This document shows positions 50,582 through 60,340 of a DNA stretch of 64,000 nt, one piece after another. Both the position numbers and the translations under genes were made by a program. How positions within the stretch are numbered: the first letter of the stretch is position 1; the number at the start of each line of letters is the position of its first letter. This DNA is from an uncultured Holophagales bacterium (GTDB lineage Bacteria > Acidobacteriota > Thermoanaerobaculia > Multivoradales > UBA5704). The notes below the pieces were generated by a model, which saw nothing but the letters and a program-made list of their open reading frames with translations, did not search any database and was not told where the DNA came from. The DNA is taken from contig CAWJGT010000025.1 of the NCBI GenBank assembly GCA_963842525.1, forward strand, positions 96,001 to 160,000. The letters are read 5' to 3'.

Positions 50582-51805
50582 ATGCCCTTCACCGAGACCG
50601 ACTGCCTCCGCTGCCGTCTTGGTTTCCCCGCGCTTGCCCGCACTGTCAACGGCCGCCCCGCCGCCTTCCTGGATGGACCGGCCGGGAGCCAGGTGCCGGA
50701 GGCCGTGATCGATGCGATCTCCCGCTATTACCGGACCTCGAACGCCAACACTCATGGCGAGTTCGCCACCAGCCGCGAGACCGACCGGATGCTCCTCGCG
50801 GCCCGCGAGGCGGCCGCCGCCTTCCTGGGCGCCCCGAGCTGGCGCGAGGTCTCCTTCGGCCAGAGCATGACGACGCTGACCTTCTTGCTGAGCCAGGCCC
50901 TGGCGCGAGAGATGCGTCCGGGCGACGAGATCGTCATCACCCAGCTCGACCACGAAGGTAACCGCGGCCCGTGGCTCTCTCTGGAAGAGCGCGGGATCGT
51001 GGTCCGCGAAGCGGCGATGCGGCGGGACGGCACGCTCGATCCCGAGGACCTGGAACGGCAGATCACGGAGCGCACCCGGCTGGTCGCGGTCGGCGCGGCG
51101 TCGAACGCCTTGGGCACGGTCAACGACCTGGCCCTGGCCCGCCGGCTCTCCGCGGCGGTCGGTGCCTGGCTCCTGGTCGACGCCGTCCACTACGCCGCCC
51201 ATTTTCCCGTGGACGTGATGGAGCTGGACTGCGACTTCCTCCTCTGCTCGGCCTACAAGTTCTATGGCCCGCACGTCGGCCTTCTGTACACCCGTCCCGG
51301 GCTGCTCGAGCGGCTGCGCACGGACCGGCTGCGCACCCAGGAGGTGACCGCACCCGACCGGATCGAGACCGGCACCCTGGACCATGCTGCGATCGCCGGG
51401 GTCCACGCCGCCATCGAGTACATCGCCTCCTGGGGGCAGGGAGAGACGCTGCGCGAGCGCGTGGTCTCGGCGATGACGGACATCGCCGCCTACGAGCACG
51501 GCGTGGCGGGCCACTATTTCGAGAACGTGCGGCAGATCCCAGGAGTCACCGTCTGGGGGCCTGATTTTTCCTTACCTTGCCGGGCGCCGACCGTCTCCAT
51601 CACACTGGAAGGGCATCGTCCGATCGAGGTCGCACGGCGGCTCGGCGACGAGGGCATCCAGGTCTGGGACGGCCATTTCTATGCCCTCCGGCCCGTCGAG
51701 GCCCTGGGGCTCGCCGAGCACGGCGGCCTCCTCCGCACCGGCATCTGCATGTACAACAGCCGCGAGGAGGTCGACCGCCTGCTCGCTGCGCTCACGGACA
51801 TGTAG
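50582..51805 (+). CDS. Cysteine desulfurase-like class V aminotransferase
   Basis: FLDGPAGSQVP, LDHEGN, VDAVHYAAH, CSAYKFYGPH (PLP lysine), ETGT. Confidence 0.9.
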   Translation: MPFTETDCLRCRLGFPALARTVNGRPAAFLDGPAGSQVPEAVIDAISRYYRTSNANTHGEFATSRETDRMLLAAREAAAAFLGAPSWREVSFGQSMTTLTFLLSQALAREMRPGDEIVITQLDHEGNRGPWLSLEERGIVVREAAMRRDGTLDPEDLERQITERTRLVAVGAASNALGTVNDLALARRLSAAVGAWLLVDAVHYAAHFPVDVMELDCDFLLCSAYKFYGPHVGLLYTRPGLLERLRTDRLRTQEVTAPDRIETGTLDHAAIAGVHAAIEYIASWGQGETLRERVVSAMTDIAAYEHGVAGHYFENVRQIPGVTVWGPDFSLPCRAPTVSITLEGHRPIEVARRLGDEGIQVWDGHFYALRPVEALGLAEHGGLLRTGICMYNSREEVDRLLAALTDM

Positions 51806-53123
51806 CGAACGCGCCCGTGTCCTGGACCGGCTGGAAGGCCCTGCCCTGGGGGTTTGTGTACTGCTTCACGGTCCCCCGGAGGGTGTCCGTGACCGTGATC
51901 TGGACCCGGGTATTGGTCAGCCCGCCGGCAAAGACCCAGTAGCGGTTGTTGAGCGCGCAGGCATTCAGCACCTTGACGATCAGCTCCACGTTGGAGTTGG
52001 AGAAGAACCAGAACCAGCCGGTATCCGAGGTCAGAGGCACGGCGCGGCCTGAGCCGGTGTCGCCGTCGGCCGTAGTCCAGCGGACTTCGATTTGAAAGCG
52101 GGAGCCGCCCAGGCAGAGCCGGGTGTTGCCGGGCGCGCACGGAGCGGTCGCGGACGGCTTCCAGCCGAGCTGCACCACCTCGAAGTCGGAGGCGCGCAGC
52201 GAGGCGAAGGCGGGGTTGAGCACGTCGTTGTCCCAGCGTGCGTCGTGGGACCCGGTGATGTACATGTCCGTGCCGTTGTCGGCGAGCAGGAGGCCGTAGG
52301 TCTTCATCGCCTGGAAGATCCTCCGCACCTCGGGCGGGTAGCCCGAGAGGTCCTTGCCCGCCTTGAGGCGCAGGCGGGTGCCCATGGGCGGCGCGCCGGA
52401 CGTGTTCCCGGCCGTGTGCGAGGCGGGCCAGACATGGCCGTTCGTCCGCCTCACGGTGAAGCGGAAGGCGTGACGGATCGGGTCCGGGCCAAAGGCCTCG
52501 TCGTGGCGGACGAGGCCGGGAAGGATCGCCAGGCCGGCGGCATCGGCGCTCGTCCACCCCTCCGGCCGGCGGGCGTTCGAATCCAGCGGGAAGACTGCGC
52601 CGGAGCCGGCCTCCCAGCGGTCGAGATCCTCGTTCCAGAAGGTGTGGTAGAGCTCGAAAAGGAGCCGGCGGTCGCGGTCGACGAGCAGCATGTGCCGGTC
52701 GCCGGAGACATCCACATTGCCCGGCAACCCACCTTCGATGTAGCCCGGCTGCGTCTTCGCCGCGGGAGGGATCGGATAGCCAGGCGGCCGGCCCGGCGCT
52801 CCATCGTCGCTCTCGTCGCCGAACTCGACGAACGTGACCGGCACCAGCGGCTGGCTCCCCGGTACGCTGACGTAGATCACCCCGTAGGTCAACGGGGGGG
52901 CCTCGAAGCCGCCGAAGTCGGGGTGAAGCCGGGTGTCCGCACCGATGAAGTCGATGTAGGAGTTGCTGTTCGGATCGACCGGCGCTGAGCTGATGTCCAC
53001 GTTCCACCAGTTGTCCGGCGGGAACAGAGGGAGCGGAAGAGGGCCGCCCGGCTGAGCGGCGGCCGGGGCGGCGGACAAAGAGACCGCGAGGAGTCCTGGG
53101 AGGACCATGTCTTTGAGATTCAT
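51792..53123 (-). CDS. Secreted protein with C-terminal GxFWFF domain
   Basis: Signal peptide, FPPDNWWN, GDRHML, WTSADAAGL, and a C-terminal LCLGGSRF..GWFWFFSNSNVELIVKVL module. Confidence 0.75.
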   Translation of the reverse strand: MNLKDMVLPGLLAVSLSAAPAAAQPGGPLPLPLFPPDNWWNVDISSAPVDPNSNSYIDFIGADTRLHPDFGGFEAPPLTYGVIYVSVPGSQPLVPVTFVEFGDESDDGAPGRPPGYPIPPAAKTQPGYIEGGLPGNVDVSGDRHMLLVDRDRRLLFELYHTFWNEDLDRWEAGSGAVFPLDSNARRPEGWTSADAAGLAILPGLVRHDEAFGPDPIRHAFRFTVRRTNGHVWPASHTAGNTSGAPPMGTRLRLKAGKDLSGYPPEVRRIFQAMKTYGLLLADNGTDMYITGSHDARWDNDVLNPAFASLRASDFEVVQLGWKPSATAPCAPGNTRLCLGGSRFQIEVRWTTADGDTGSGRAVPLTSDTGWFWFFSNSNVELIVKVLNACALNNRYWVFAGGLTNTRVQITVTDTLRGTVKQYTNPQGRAFQPVQDTGAFATCP

Positions 53124-53175
53124 AGTTGACGATGAGCTTATCTCCGATTGGGTTAGATTGGAGCGGGAGGCACCT

Positions 53176-53949
53176 GTGGAGCTCCGTGACTTCGCCCAGA
53201 CCGTCCTGACGACCGAGGACCTTTCTATCAAGCTGGCTCCGCCGCGGGAGGAGCTGACGGACGAGCAGCCCGGGCCGGCCTTCCGGGCCGAGGGGCCGGG
53301 CCGGCTGCTGGGCCTCCGGTTCTCCAAAGTCGACGTCCCCTCGATCGAAGGGATGCCGGACCCGGCGCAACGGCCGCGCATCCTCCACGGCCTGGCCAAC
53401 CACGAGCTCCAGGCGGCCGAGCTGTTCGCCTGGGCGCTCCTGGCGTTTCCGGACACGCCGGCCGAATTCCGGCAGGGGCTCGCCCGCATCCTGCTGGACG
53501 AGCAGCGGCATACCCGCATGTACATCGCCCGCCTGGAGGACGCCGGGGCACGCTTCGGCGACTACCCGGTCAACGGCTATTTCTGGAAGAAGGCCGTCTC
53601 CATCCATTCGCCGCTGGACTTTATCTGCGCCATGTCGCTGACCTTCGAGAACGCCAACCTCGACCACACGGTCGACTACGCCGAGGCGGCACGGCGGGCC
53701 GGCGATCCCAAGACGGCGGCGGTGATCGACCAGGTCCACCGGGACGAGATCGAGCACGTCCGCTTCGGTTGGACCTGGCTCCAGGTCTTCAAGGGAGAGG
53801 AGGAGTCGGCCTGGGACGCCTGGCAAAGCCACCTCACCTGGCCGCTCCGCCCAGCCCGCGCCCGTGGGACCCGCTTCCACCGCGAAGGCCGCGAAGCCGC
53901 CGGGCTCGACCCCGAGTTCATCCGGCGGCTCGAGGAGAGCGAGTTGTAA
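53176..53949 (+). CDS. Ferritin-like DUF455 protein
   Basis: LHGLANHELQA, DEQRH, FENANLD, DEIEHVRFG. GGAGG RBS before the GTG. Confidence 0.82.
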   Translation: MELRDFAQTVLTTEDLSIKLAPPREELTDEQPGPAFRAEGPGRLLGLRFSKVDVPSIEGMPDPAQRPRILHGLANHELQAAELFAWALLAFPDTPAEFRQGLARILLDEQRHTRMYIARLEDAGARFGDYPVNGYFWKKAVSIHSPLDFICAMSLTFENANLDHTVDYAEAARRAGDPKTAAVIDQVHRDEIEHVRFGWTWLQVFKGEEESAWDAWQSHLTWPLRPARARGTRFHREGREAAGLDPEFIRRLEESEL

Positions 53950-53952
53950 CCC

Positions 53953-54570
53953 TCACCTCGCGCTCTTCACGAGCCTCTCGAGACAACGGAGACAGCGCCG
54001 AAGGCTGTCCGCACTTTCGGCGCCGACCGCCGGCCGCCATCCCTTCTCCAGATTCCGAACGTACTCGATGATCCGTGACGTGTATGCGGGTCCCACAGTC
54101 CGCCCGCTTTCCGGTCTCGGCACCATGTCCTGCCTCACCTCTTTACGCCGGGAGATGCGGGCCAGATCCACGACGGCACGCTTGGGGTCGAGCAGCTCCT
54201 CCGGCCGCGCCGGTACCTTGGAGAGAGGAATACCGAAGAACGAGGAAAAGCGTTCCCTGTCGGCAAGCAGCCAGGCCTCGACCTCCCGGAAGGCAACCCG
54301 GAAACAGAGATGTGGGGCAGGGCTTTCCAGGTGCCGTTTGACGAAAGTCGGCGCGCAGTCGTCGTCGCGGTCAAGGTCGACCAGGATGACCCAGGGATGG
54401 TGGCGGGCTGCAAGGTTGTAACCCCCAATACGCTGCAGGAGGCGGCCCTTGCCATTCTTGCCGTAGACCGTGCCGGCCAAGCCGCCGCAGTCCTGCACCA
54501 GCCTCCGCAGGACGGCCTCGTCGGTCGGACCTTCCACAGCCCCGGAGATCAAGAGGTGGTCCGCCGGCAC
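53953..54570 (-). CDS. DUF4276/TOPRIM-like putative nuclease
   Basis: AVEGPTDE, LVDLDRDDDC, EVEAWLLAD, DPK. Confidence 0.7.
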   Translation of the reverse strand: MPADHLLISGAVEGPTDEAVLRRLVQDCGGLAGTVYGKNGKGRLLQRIGGYNLAARHHPWVILVDLDRDDDCAPTFVKRHLESPAPHLCFRVAFREVEAWLLADRERFSSFFGIPLSKVPARPEELLDPKRAVVDLARISRRKEVRQDMVPRPESGRTVGPAYTSRIIEYVRNLEKGWRPAVGAESADSLRRCLRCLERLVKSAR

Positions 54571-54578
54571 AGGACAGC

Positions 54579-55745
54579 TCAGCTCTCGAACAGGGAGAGT
54601 TGTTCGGCCCTCTCGGGGCGGGTCCGCGGAATGACCACCTCCGCCAGAGTCAGGCCGCCTTCCAGGAGATCTCCGACCTCACGCAGAGAGCTGGCGGGCC
54701 GCACGACGGTCCCCTCGCTGCCCGGCTCGAGCAGTAGAACCTCATCGACGCCGATTCCTTCGTCCTCGAGAAGCTCTTTGGAATGTGTGCTGAGCAGTGC
54801 CTGGCGGCCCGATGCACGTTGCACCCTGTGGAGCAGCTGAGGAAGGAACCGCACGACTTCGGGGTGGAGCGACAGCTCGGGCTCTTCGAGCAGGAGCGGG
54901 CCCGAGCCATCCAGCACAGCCCACAGGAGCCCAATCAGCCGGAGGGTTCCGTCGGAGAACTCCTCCTCCGTCTGCCATGCTTCCTGCGGGCGCCAGTGCT
55001 TGTACTTGCCCCGCAGGTGAGGGGTCCCACGGACCGGATCGCGCCAGAGCTCGAGATCTTCCAACTGGGGGACCGCCACCTCGAGCGCCTCACGGATTCG
55101 GCGCAACCTCGCGTCCCGCGTCTGGGCCTGGCTGCTCGCGATCTGCTCCAGGAAGTCACCCCCGTAGGGATCGTCTTGGCGCCCCACTGAACGGTCTGGC
55201 TCGCGGATGAGCTGCGGAACAACGTGGAGGTACCGGACAGAGCCGAGAAACTCGGTGACGTCCCGAAATTCCCGGTTCATGTTCACCTGCTCAAGATAGG
55301 TCTGGGTCAGCCGCTCAGGGTCTTGCAAGTCCGCCTCGTCCGGACGGACGAAGAGATCCCGCTCATGGTGTGCTACGCGCTCATACTTCAGCAGGGGTCG
55401 TCGGGAGCTGTCCTGCGTGAACCGGATCTCGTATTCCCAGATCGAGTGATCCTCATCTGTACCGATCTGAACGCGGATTCCGACCTGGGTCTGCTGGCCG
55501 CGGGCGGCGAGAGACCGGAGCTTCGAGACACTTCCACGTCGGCCGACGGCGTCTCGAAATCCACCTCCTACCGAAACGATGTCCTGGAGAAAGCGGAAGG
55601 CGTCCAGGAAATTCGACTTCCCGGATGCATTGGGGCCGACCAGAAAGACCCGGTCCCGGAGGGAGACCTCCACCGAGGTGAAGTTCCTCCAGTTGAGCAA
55701 CCCGATCCACGTGAAGCGCAGGGACTGACCCTTCGCTCTCTTCAT
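54579..55745 (-). CDS. ABC/AAA_21-type ATPase
   Basis: GPNASGKS, FSDGTLR, LLLEEPELSLHP, STHS. Confidence 0.88.
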   Translation of the reverse strand: MKRAKGQSLRFTWIGLLNWRNFTSVEVSLRDRVFLVGPNASGKSNFLDAFRFLQDIVSVGGGFRDAVGRRGSVSKLRSLAARGQQTQVGIRVQIGTDEDHSIWEYEIRFTQDSSRRPLLKYERVAHHERDLFVRPDEADLQDPERLTQTYLEQVNMNREFRDVTEFLGSVRYLHVVPQLIREPDRSVGRQDDPYGGDFLEQIASSQAQTRDARLRRIREALEVAVPQLEDLELWRDPVRGTPHLRGKYKHWRPQEAWQTEEEFSDGTLRLIGLLWAVLDGSGPLLLEEPELSLHPEVVRFLPQLLHRVQRASGRQALLSTHSKELLEDEGIGVDEVLLLEPGSEGTVVRPASSLREVGDLLEGGLTLAEVVIPRTRPERAEQLSLFES

Positions 55746-55750
55746 CGGGT

Positions 55751-57769
55751 CTATCTCACCAACCCCTCGATCCGCTCCGCCACCTTGTCCGCGGTGAAGC
55801 CGAATTCGGTGGCCAGATCCTTGTAGGGGGAGGAGGCGCCGAAGCGCTCGATGCCGTGAATCTCGCCCTGGTCTCCCACGTACTTGTGCCAGCCGAAGGG
55901 GCTGGCCGCCTCGACGGCGAGGCGCTTGCGGATGGCGGGTGGCAGGACCGAGTCGCGGTACTCCTGCGGCTGGCGGTCGAAGAGCTCCCAGGACGGCATG
56001 CTCACGACCCGCGCCCGCACCTTGCCGGCGAGACTCTTCGCGGCTTCGAGGGCGACGTGGACCTCCGAGCCGGTGGCGAGCACGATCACCTCGGGGTCGC
56101 CGTCCGGCGGGTCGAGGAGGACGTAGGCGCCGCGCCGCACCCCCTCGCGCGCCTTGGCCGCGGTCTCTTCCAGGATGGGCACGGCCTGCCGCGTCAGGGC
56201 GAGGGCCGTAGGCGCGTGCCGGTTCTCGAGGGCCGCCCGCCAGGCCTCGGCCGTCTCGCAGGCGTCCGCCGGCCGGATGACGGTCAGGGTCGGGATGGCG
56301 CGCAGGGCCGCGAGCTGCTCGACGGGCTGGTGGGTGGGGCCGTCCTCGCCGAGGAAGATCGAGTCGTGGGTGTAGACGTAGATCACCTGGATCTTCATCA
56401 GGCAGGCCAGGCGGATCGGCGGACGCATGTAGTCCGAAAAAATGAGAAAAGTGCCGCCGTAGGGGATCCACAGCCGCGACAGAGACATGCCGTTGAGGAT
56501 CGATCCCATGCCGTGCTCGCGCACGCCGAAGCGGAGATAGCGGCCATCCGGGTGTTCGGCCGAGAGGCTCTCCGAGCCCCTGATGAGGGTGTCGTTGGAC
56601 GGCGTGAGGTCGGCCGAGCCGCCCACCAGCTCGGGCAGCCGGCCGCCGATGGCGTTGAGCACCTGTCCCGAGGCCGAGCGCGTGGCCATCGGCTTGTCGC
56701 CGGGCTCGAAGGTCGGCAGGGCCTCCTCCCAGCCTTCGGGAAGCTTCCCGGCCAGCCGGCGGTCGAGGTCGGCGGCGTCTCCGGGGTGCGCTTCGCGGTA
56801 GCGCCGCAGCAGGTCGTTCCATTCCGTTTCCAGCCGCCGGCCGCGCTCGCGGGCCTCCTCGAAGGGCTTTCGCCCCTCGTCCGGCACCAGGAAGGTGGGC
56901 TCGGTGGGCCAGCCGAGGGCCTGCTTGGTGGCGATCACCTCGTCAGGCCCGAGCGGCGAGCCGTGGGCCTCGGCGGTCCCGGCCTTCTTGGGGCTGCCGT
57001 AGCCGATGATGGTGCGGACGACCACCAGGGTCGGCCGCTCGGCCTCGGCCTCGGCTTCGGCGATCGCCTTTTCGAGCTGGTCGAGGTCGTTGCCGTCCGC
57101 CACCCGCAGGACGCGCCAGCCGTAGGCCTCGTAGCGCTTGCCCACGTCCTCGGAGAAGGCGAGGCTCGTCGGACCGTCGATCGAGACCTCGTTGTCGTCG
57201 TAGAAGACCTTGAGCTGCGAGAGCTTCAGGTGGCCGGCGATCGACGAGGCCTCGGAGGCCACGCCCTCCATCATGTCGCCGTCGCTGGCGATGACCCAGA
57301 CGCGGTGGTCGAAGAGGGGGAACCCGTCGCGGTTGAATCGCGCCGCGGCCATCTTGGCGGCGATGGCCATGCCGACAGCGTTGCCGAGGCCCTGGCCGAG
57401 TGGGCCGGTGGTGGTCTCGACGCCGCGGGTCAGCTCGTGCTCGGGATGGCCCGGGGTCTTGGAGCCGAGCTGGCGGAAGCGCTGCAGCTCTTCCATGGGC
57501 AGGCCGTAGCCCGCGAGGTGGAGCAGCGCGTAGAGCAGCGCCGACGCGTGGCCGGAGGACAGGACGAAGCGGTCCCGGTCGGGCCAGTCGGAGTTGTCCG
57601 GGTTGTGGCGCATGTGCCGTGTCCACAGGAGATAGGCGAGCGGCGCCTGTCCCAGGGGGGCTCCCGGATGGCCTGACTTCGCCTTCTCGACCATGTCCAC
57701 GGCCAGGAAGCGAATCGTGCTGACGGCGGTGAGATCGGTGTCTTTGCCCATGTCGCCCATGTCCCTCAT
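55751..57769 (-). CDS. tkt: Transketolase
   Basis: [45 protein letters not shown]. Confidence 0.97.
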   Translation of the reverse strand: MRDMGDMGKDTDLTAVSTIRFLAVDMVEKAKSGHPGAPLGQAPLAYLLWTRHMRHNPDNSDWPDRDRFVLSSGHASALLYALLHLAGYGLPMEELQRFRQLGSKTPGHPEHELTRGVETTTGPLGQGLGNAVGMAIAAKMAAARFNRDGFPLFDHRVWVIASDGDMMEGVASEASSIAGHLKLSQLKVFYDDNEVSIDGPTSLAFSEDVGKRYEAYGWRVLRVADGNDLDQLEKAIAEAEAEAERPTLVVVRTIIGYGSPKKAGTAEAHGSPLGPDEVIATKQALGWPTEPTFLVPDEGRKPFEEARERGRRLETEWNDLLRRYREAHPGDAADLDRRLAGKLPEGWEEALPTFEPGDKPMATRSASGQVLNAIGGRLPELVGGSADLTPSNDTLIRGSESLSAEHPDGRYLRFGVREHGMGSILNGMSLSRLWIPYGGTFLIFSDYMRPPIRLACLMKIQVIYVYTHDSIFLGEDGPTHQPVEQLAALRAIPTLTVIRPADACETAEAWRAALENRHAPTALALTRQAVPILEETAAKAREGVRRGAYVLLDPPDGDPEVIVLATGSEVHVALEAAKSLAGKVRARVVSMPSWELFDRQPQEYRDSVLPPAIRKRLAVEAASPFGWHKYVGDQGEIHGIERFGASSPYKDLATEFGFTADKVAERIEGLVR

Positions 57770-57835
57770 GTCTCCCTCAGGAATACCCGGCGGGAGGCTG
57801 TAGTTTATCCGTTCGTCCTTCCCCCGAGGTCTGTT

Positions 57836-57864
57836 TTGACTCGCGGGCGGGGGGTCTCTACAAT
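57836..57864 (+). promoter_or_regulatory. Sigma70 promoter for tRNA-Ser
   Basis: TTGACT-17 nt-TACAAT. Confidence 0.78.
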
Positions 57865-57885
57865 GAGAGCCCCTGTTGGACCCGT

Positions 57886-57982
<97 letters not shown>

Positions 57983-58024
57983 CCGTTCGCCATTCGCAAT
58001 TACCCCTCCTGGGCCGGGTGTGTC

Positions 58025-59383
58025 ATGAAAGCAGTCAATCCCGCGACCGAAGAGCTGATCCGCGACTACCCCGAGCCGGACGCGCGCGAGGTCGCCGAGC
58101 GGCTGGCCGCCGCCGAGCGGGCCTTCGCCGCCTGGCGCAAGGTCCCCTTTGCCGAGCGCGGCCGGCTGATGCGCTCTGCCGCCGACCGGCTGCGCGAGCA
58201 CCGCGCCGACTACGCCCGGCTGATGACCGACGAGATGGGCAAGCCCATTTCCGCATCAGAGGCCGAGGTCGACAAGTGCGCCTGGGTCTGCGATTTCTAC
58301 GCCGAGCACGCCGAGGGCTTCCTCGCCACCGAGCCGGCGGCGACCGACGCCTCGCGGAGCTGCGTCCGCTACGACCCGCTGGGGCCGGTCCTCGCGATCA
58401 TGCCCTGGAACTTCCCGTTCTGGCAGGTCTTCCGCTTCGCCGCCCCGTCCCTGATGGCGGGCAACGTGGGGGTCCTGAAGCACGCGTCCAACGTCCCGGG
58501 CACCGCGCTGGCGATCGAGGAGGTCTTCCGCGAGGCAGGCTTCCCGGAGGGCGTGTTCACGACTCTGCTGGTCTCGTCGGACCGGGCCACGGAGCTGATC
58601 GGCCACCCGGTGATCCGGGCCGTGACCCTCACCGGCAGCGACCGCGCGGGTCGCGAGGTCGCCGCCGCGGCGGGCCGGCACCTCAAGAAGTCGGTCCTCG
58701 AGCTCGGCGGCTCCGACCCCTTCATCATCCTCGCCGACGCCGATCCCGCGGCCACTGCGCGCGAGGCCGCCCGGGCGCGCACCATCAATTCCGGGCAGAG
58801 CTGCATCGCCGCCAAGCGCTTCCTCGTGGACGAGAAGATCGCCGACCGCTTCGAGGAGGAATTCGTCGCCCGTATGGCGGAGCTGAAGGTGGGCGATCCG
58901 CTCGACCGCGCGAACGAGGTCGGCCCCCTGGCCCGCGCCGACCTGCTCGACGCTCTCGACGACCAGGTGAAGCGGTCGGTCGAGGCGGGCGCGCAGCTCC
59001 GCACCGGCGGCCACCGCCTGCCGGGCAAGGGCTGGTACTACGCGCCGACGGTGCTCACGGGCGTGCGGCCGGGCATGGCCGCCTTCGACGAAGAGACTTT
59101 CGGGCCGGTCGCGGCGGTGACCCGGGCGGACGGCCGGGACGAGGCCATCGAGCTGGCCAACCGGTCGCAGTTCGGCCTCGGCGCGAGCATCTGGACGGCC
59201 GATCCGGTCCTCGCCGAAGCGCTGACGTCCGAGATCGAGGCCGGCTGCGTCTTCGTCAACGGGATCGTCAAGTCCGATCCGCGGCTCCCCTTCGGAGGCA
59301 TCAAGTCCTCGGGCTACGGCCGCGAGCTGTCCGAGGTCGGGATCCGCGAGTTCGTGAACATCAAGACGGTCTGGGTCAAGTAG
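58025..59383 (+). CDS. NAD(P)-dependent succinate-semialdehyde dehydrogenase
   Basis: [45 protein letters not shown]. Confidence 0.9.
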   Translation: MKAVNPATEELIRDYPEPDAREVAERLAAAERAFAAWRKVPFAERGRLMRSAADRLREHRADYARLMTDEMGKPISASEAEVDKCAWVCDFYAEHAEGFLATEPAATDASRSCVRYDPLGPVLAIMPWNFPFWQVFRFAAPSLMAGNVGVLKHASNVPGTALAIEEVFREAGFPEGVFTTLLVSSDRATELIGHPVIRAVTLTGSDRAGREVAAAAGRHLKKSVLELGGSDPFIILADADPAATAREAARARTINSGQSCIAAKRFLVDEKIADRFEEEFVARMAELKVGDPLDRANEVGPLARADLLDALDDQVKRSVEAGAQLRTGGHRLPGKGWYYAPTVLTGVRPGMAAFDEETFGPVAAVTRADGRDEAIELANRSQFGLGASIWTADPVLAEALTSEIEAGCVFVNGIVKSDPRLPFGGIKSSGYGRELSEVGIREFVNIKTVWVK

Positions 59384-60306
59384 GCCTCCGCACCGTCATC
59401 ACCGGACAGTTGGCGTGCTGCACCACCCGCTCGGCGGTGCTGCCCAGGAGCAGGTGCCGCAGGACGCCGTGACCGTGGGTGCCCATGGCGATCAGGTCGG
59501 CGCCGCGCGCCTGGGCCTCTTCCACGATGACCATGGCGGGATCACCTTCCCGGGCGACCGTCTCCACCGTCAAGCCCTCCCGTGCCAGTCCGTCCGCGGC
59601 CTCCTGGAGGAGCCTCTCGGCTTCGAGCCCGGCGTCCTGGAGGTAGTTGAACGAGGTCGGGATCGTGCCGTAGGCCGTGTACTCGATCGGCAGGTTGAAT
59701 GCGTGGATCAGGATCAGCCGCGCGTCCTGCTCGAGCGGGGCGAGGAGCTGGTGGGCGGTACGGATGGCGTTTCCGGCGTCCTCCGAGAAATCGGTCGGCA
59801 CCAGGATGGTCCGGATCGGCCGGTGCCGGCCGAGGTCGTCGGGGTGGACGGCGAGCACGGGACATGGGGCGCGCGTGGACGACCCGCTCGGTCGTACTGC
59901 CCAGGAGGAGATGGCGCCAGCCGGTCAGCCCGCGGGTCCCCATGACGATGGCGAGAGCCGAGGTCTCTTCCGCCCGGTCGAGGATCACCTGCGACGGGGT
60001 GCCCAGGCCCAGGTGGGTGTCGACCTCGACGCCTCTCTCGCGGAGCAGGGCCGCGGCCTGGCCGAGCCGGCCGAGGGCGGCGTCGCGCACCTCCTCGTCG
60101 AAGACGGGTCCGGGCGCGACATAGCCCGGCATCGACGGCGGGATCGAGACCGCATGGACGAGCTCGATGCGGGCGCCCTGCTGTCGCGCCAGCTCGACGG
60201 CCCAGTCGACGGCCGCTTCCGCGGTCGGGGAGAAATCGGTCCCCACCAGGATCGTGGGGCCGGCCGGAGGCTCTGGGGCTGTTGTGGGGGTTGTCTCGGG
60301 GGTCAT
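59376..60306 (-). CDS. Tandem-domain universal stress protein (frameshift near 59868)
   Basis: Two ILVxTDFS...MGTxG...LLGSTxERVV domains split over two frames. Confidence 0.88.
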
Positions 60307-60340
60307 GGCCTCAGTATAGAACCGGCGCCGCCGCCCCGAT

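Noticed and set aside
54579-56822. 747-aa extended ATPase
   Set aside because: The N-terminal half is an alternate frame of tkt. The real start is 55745.
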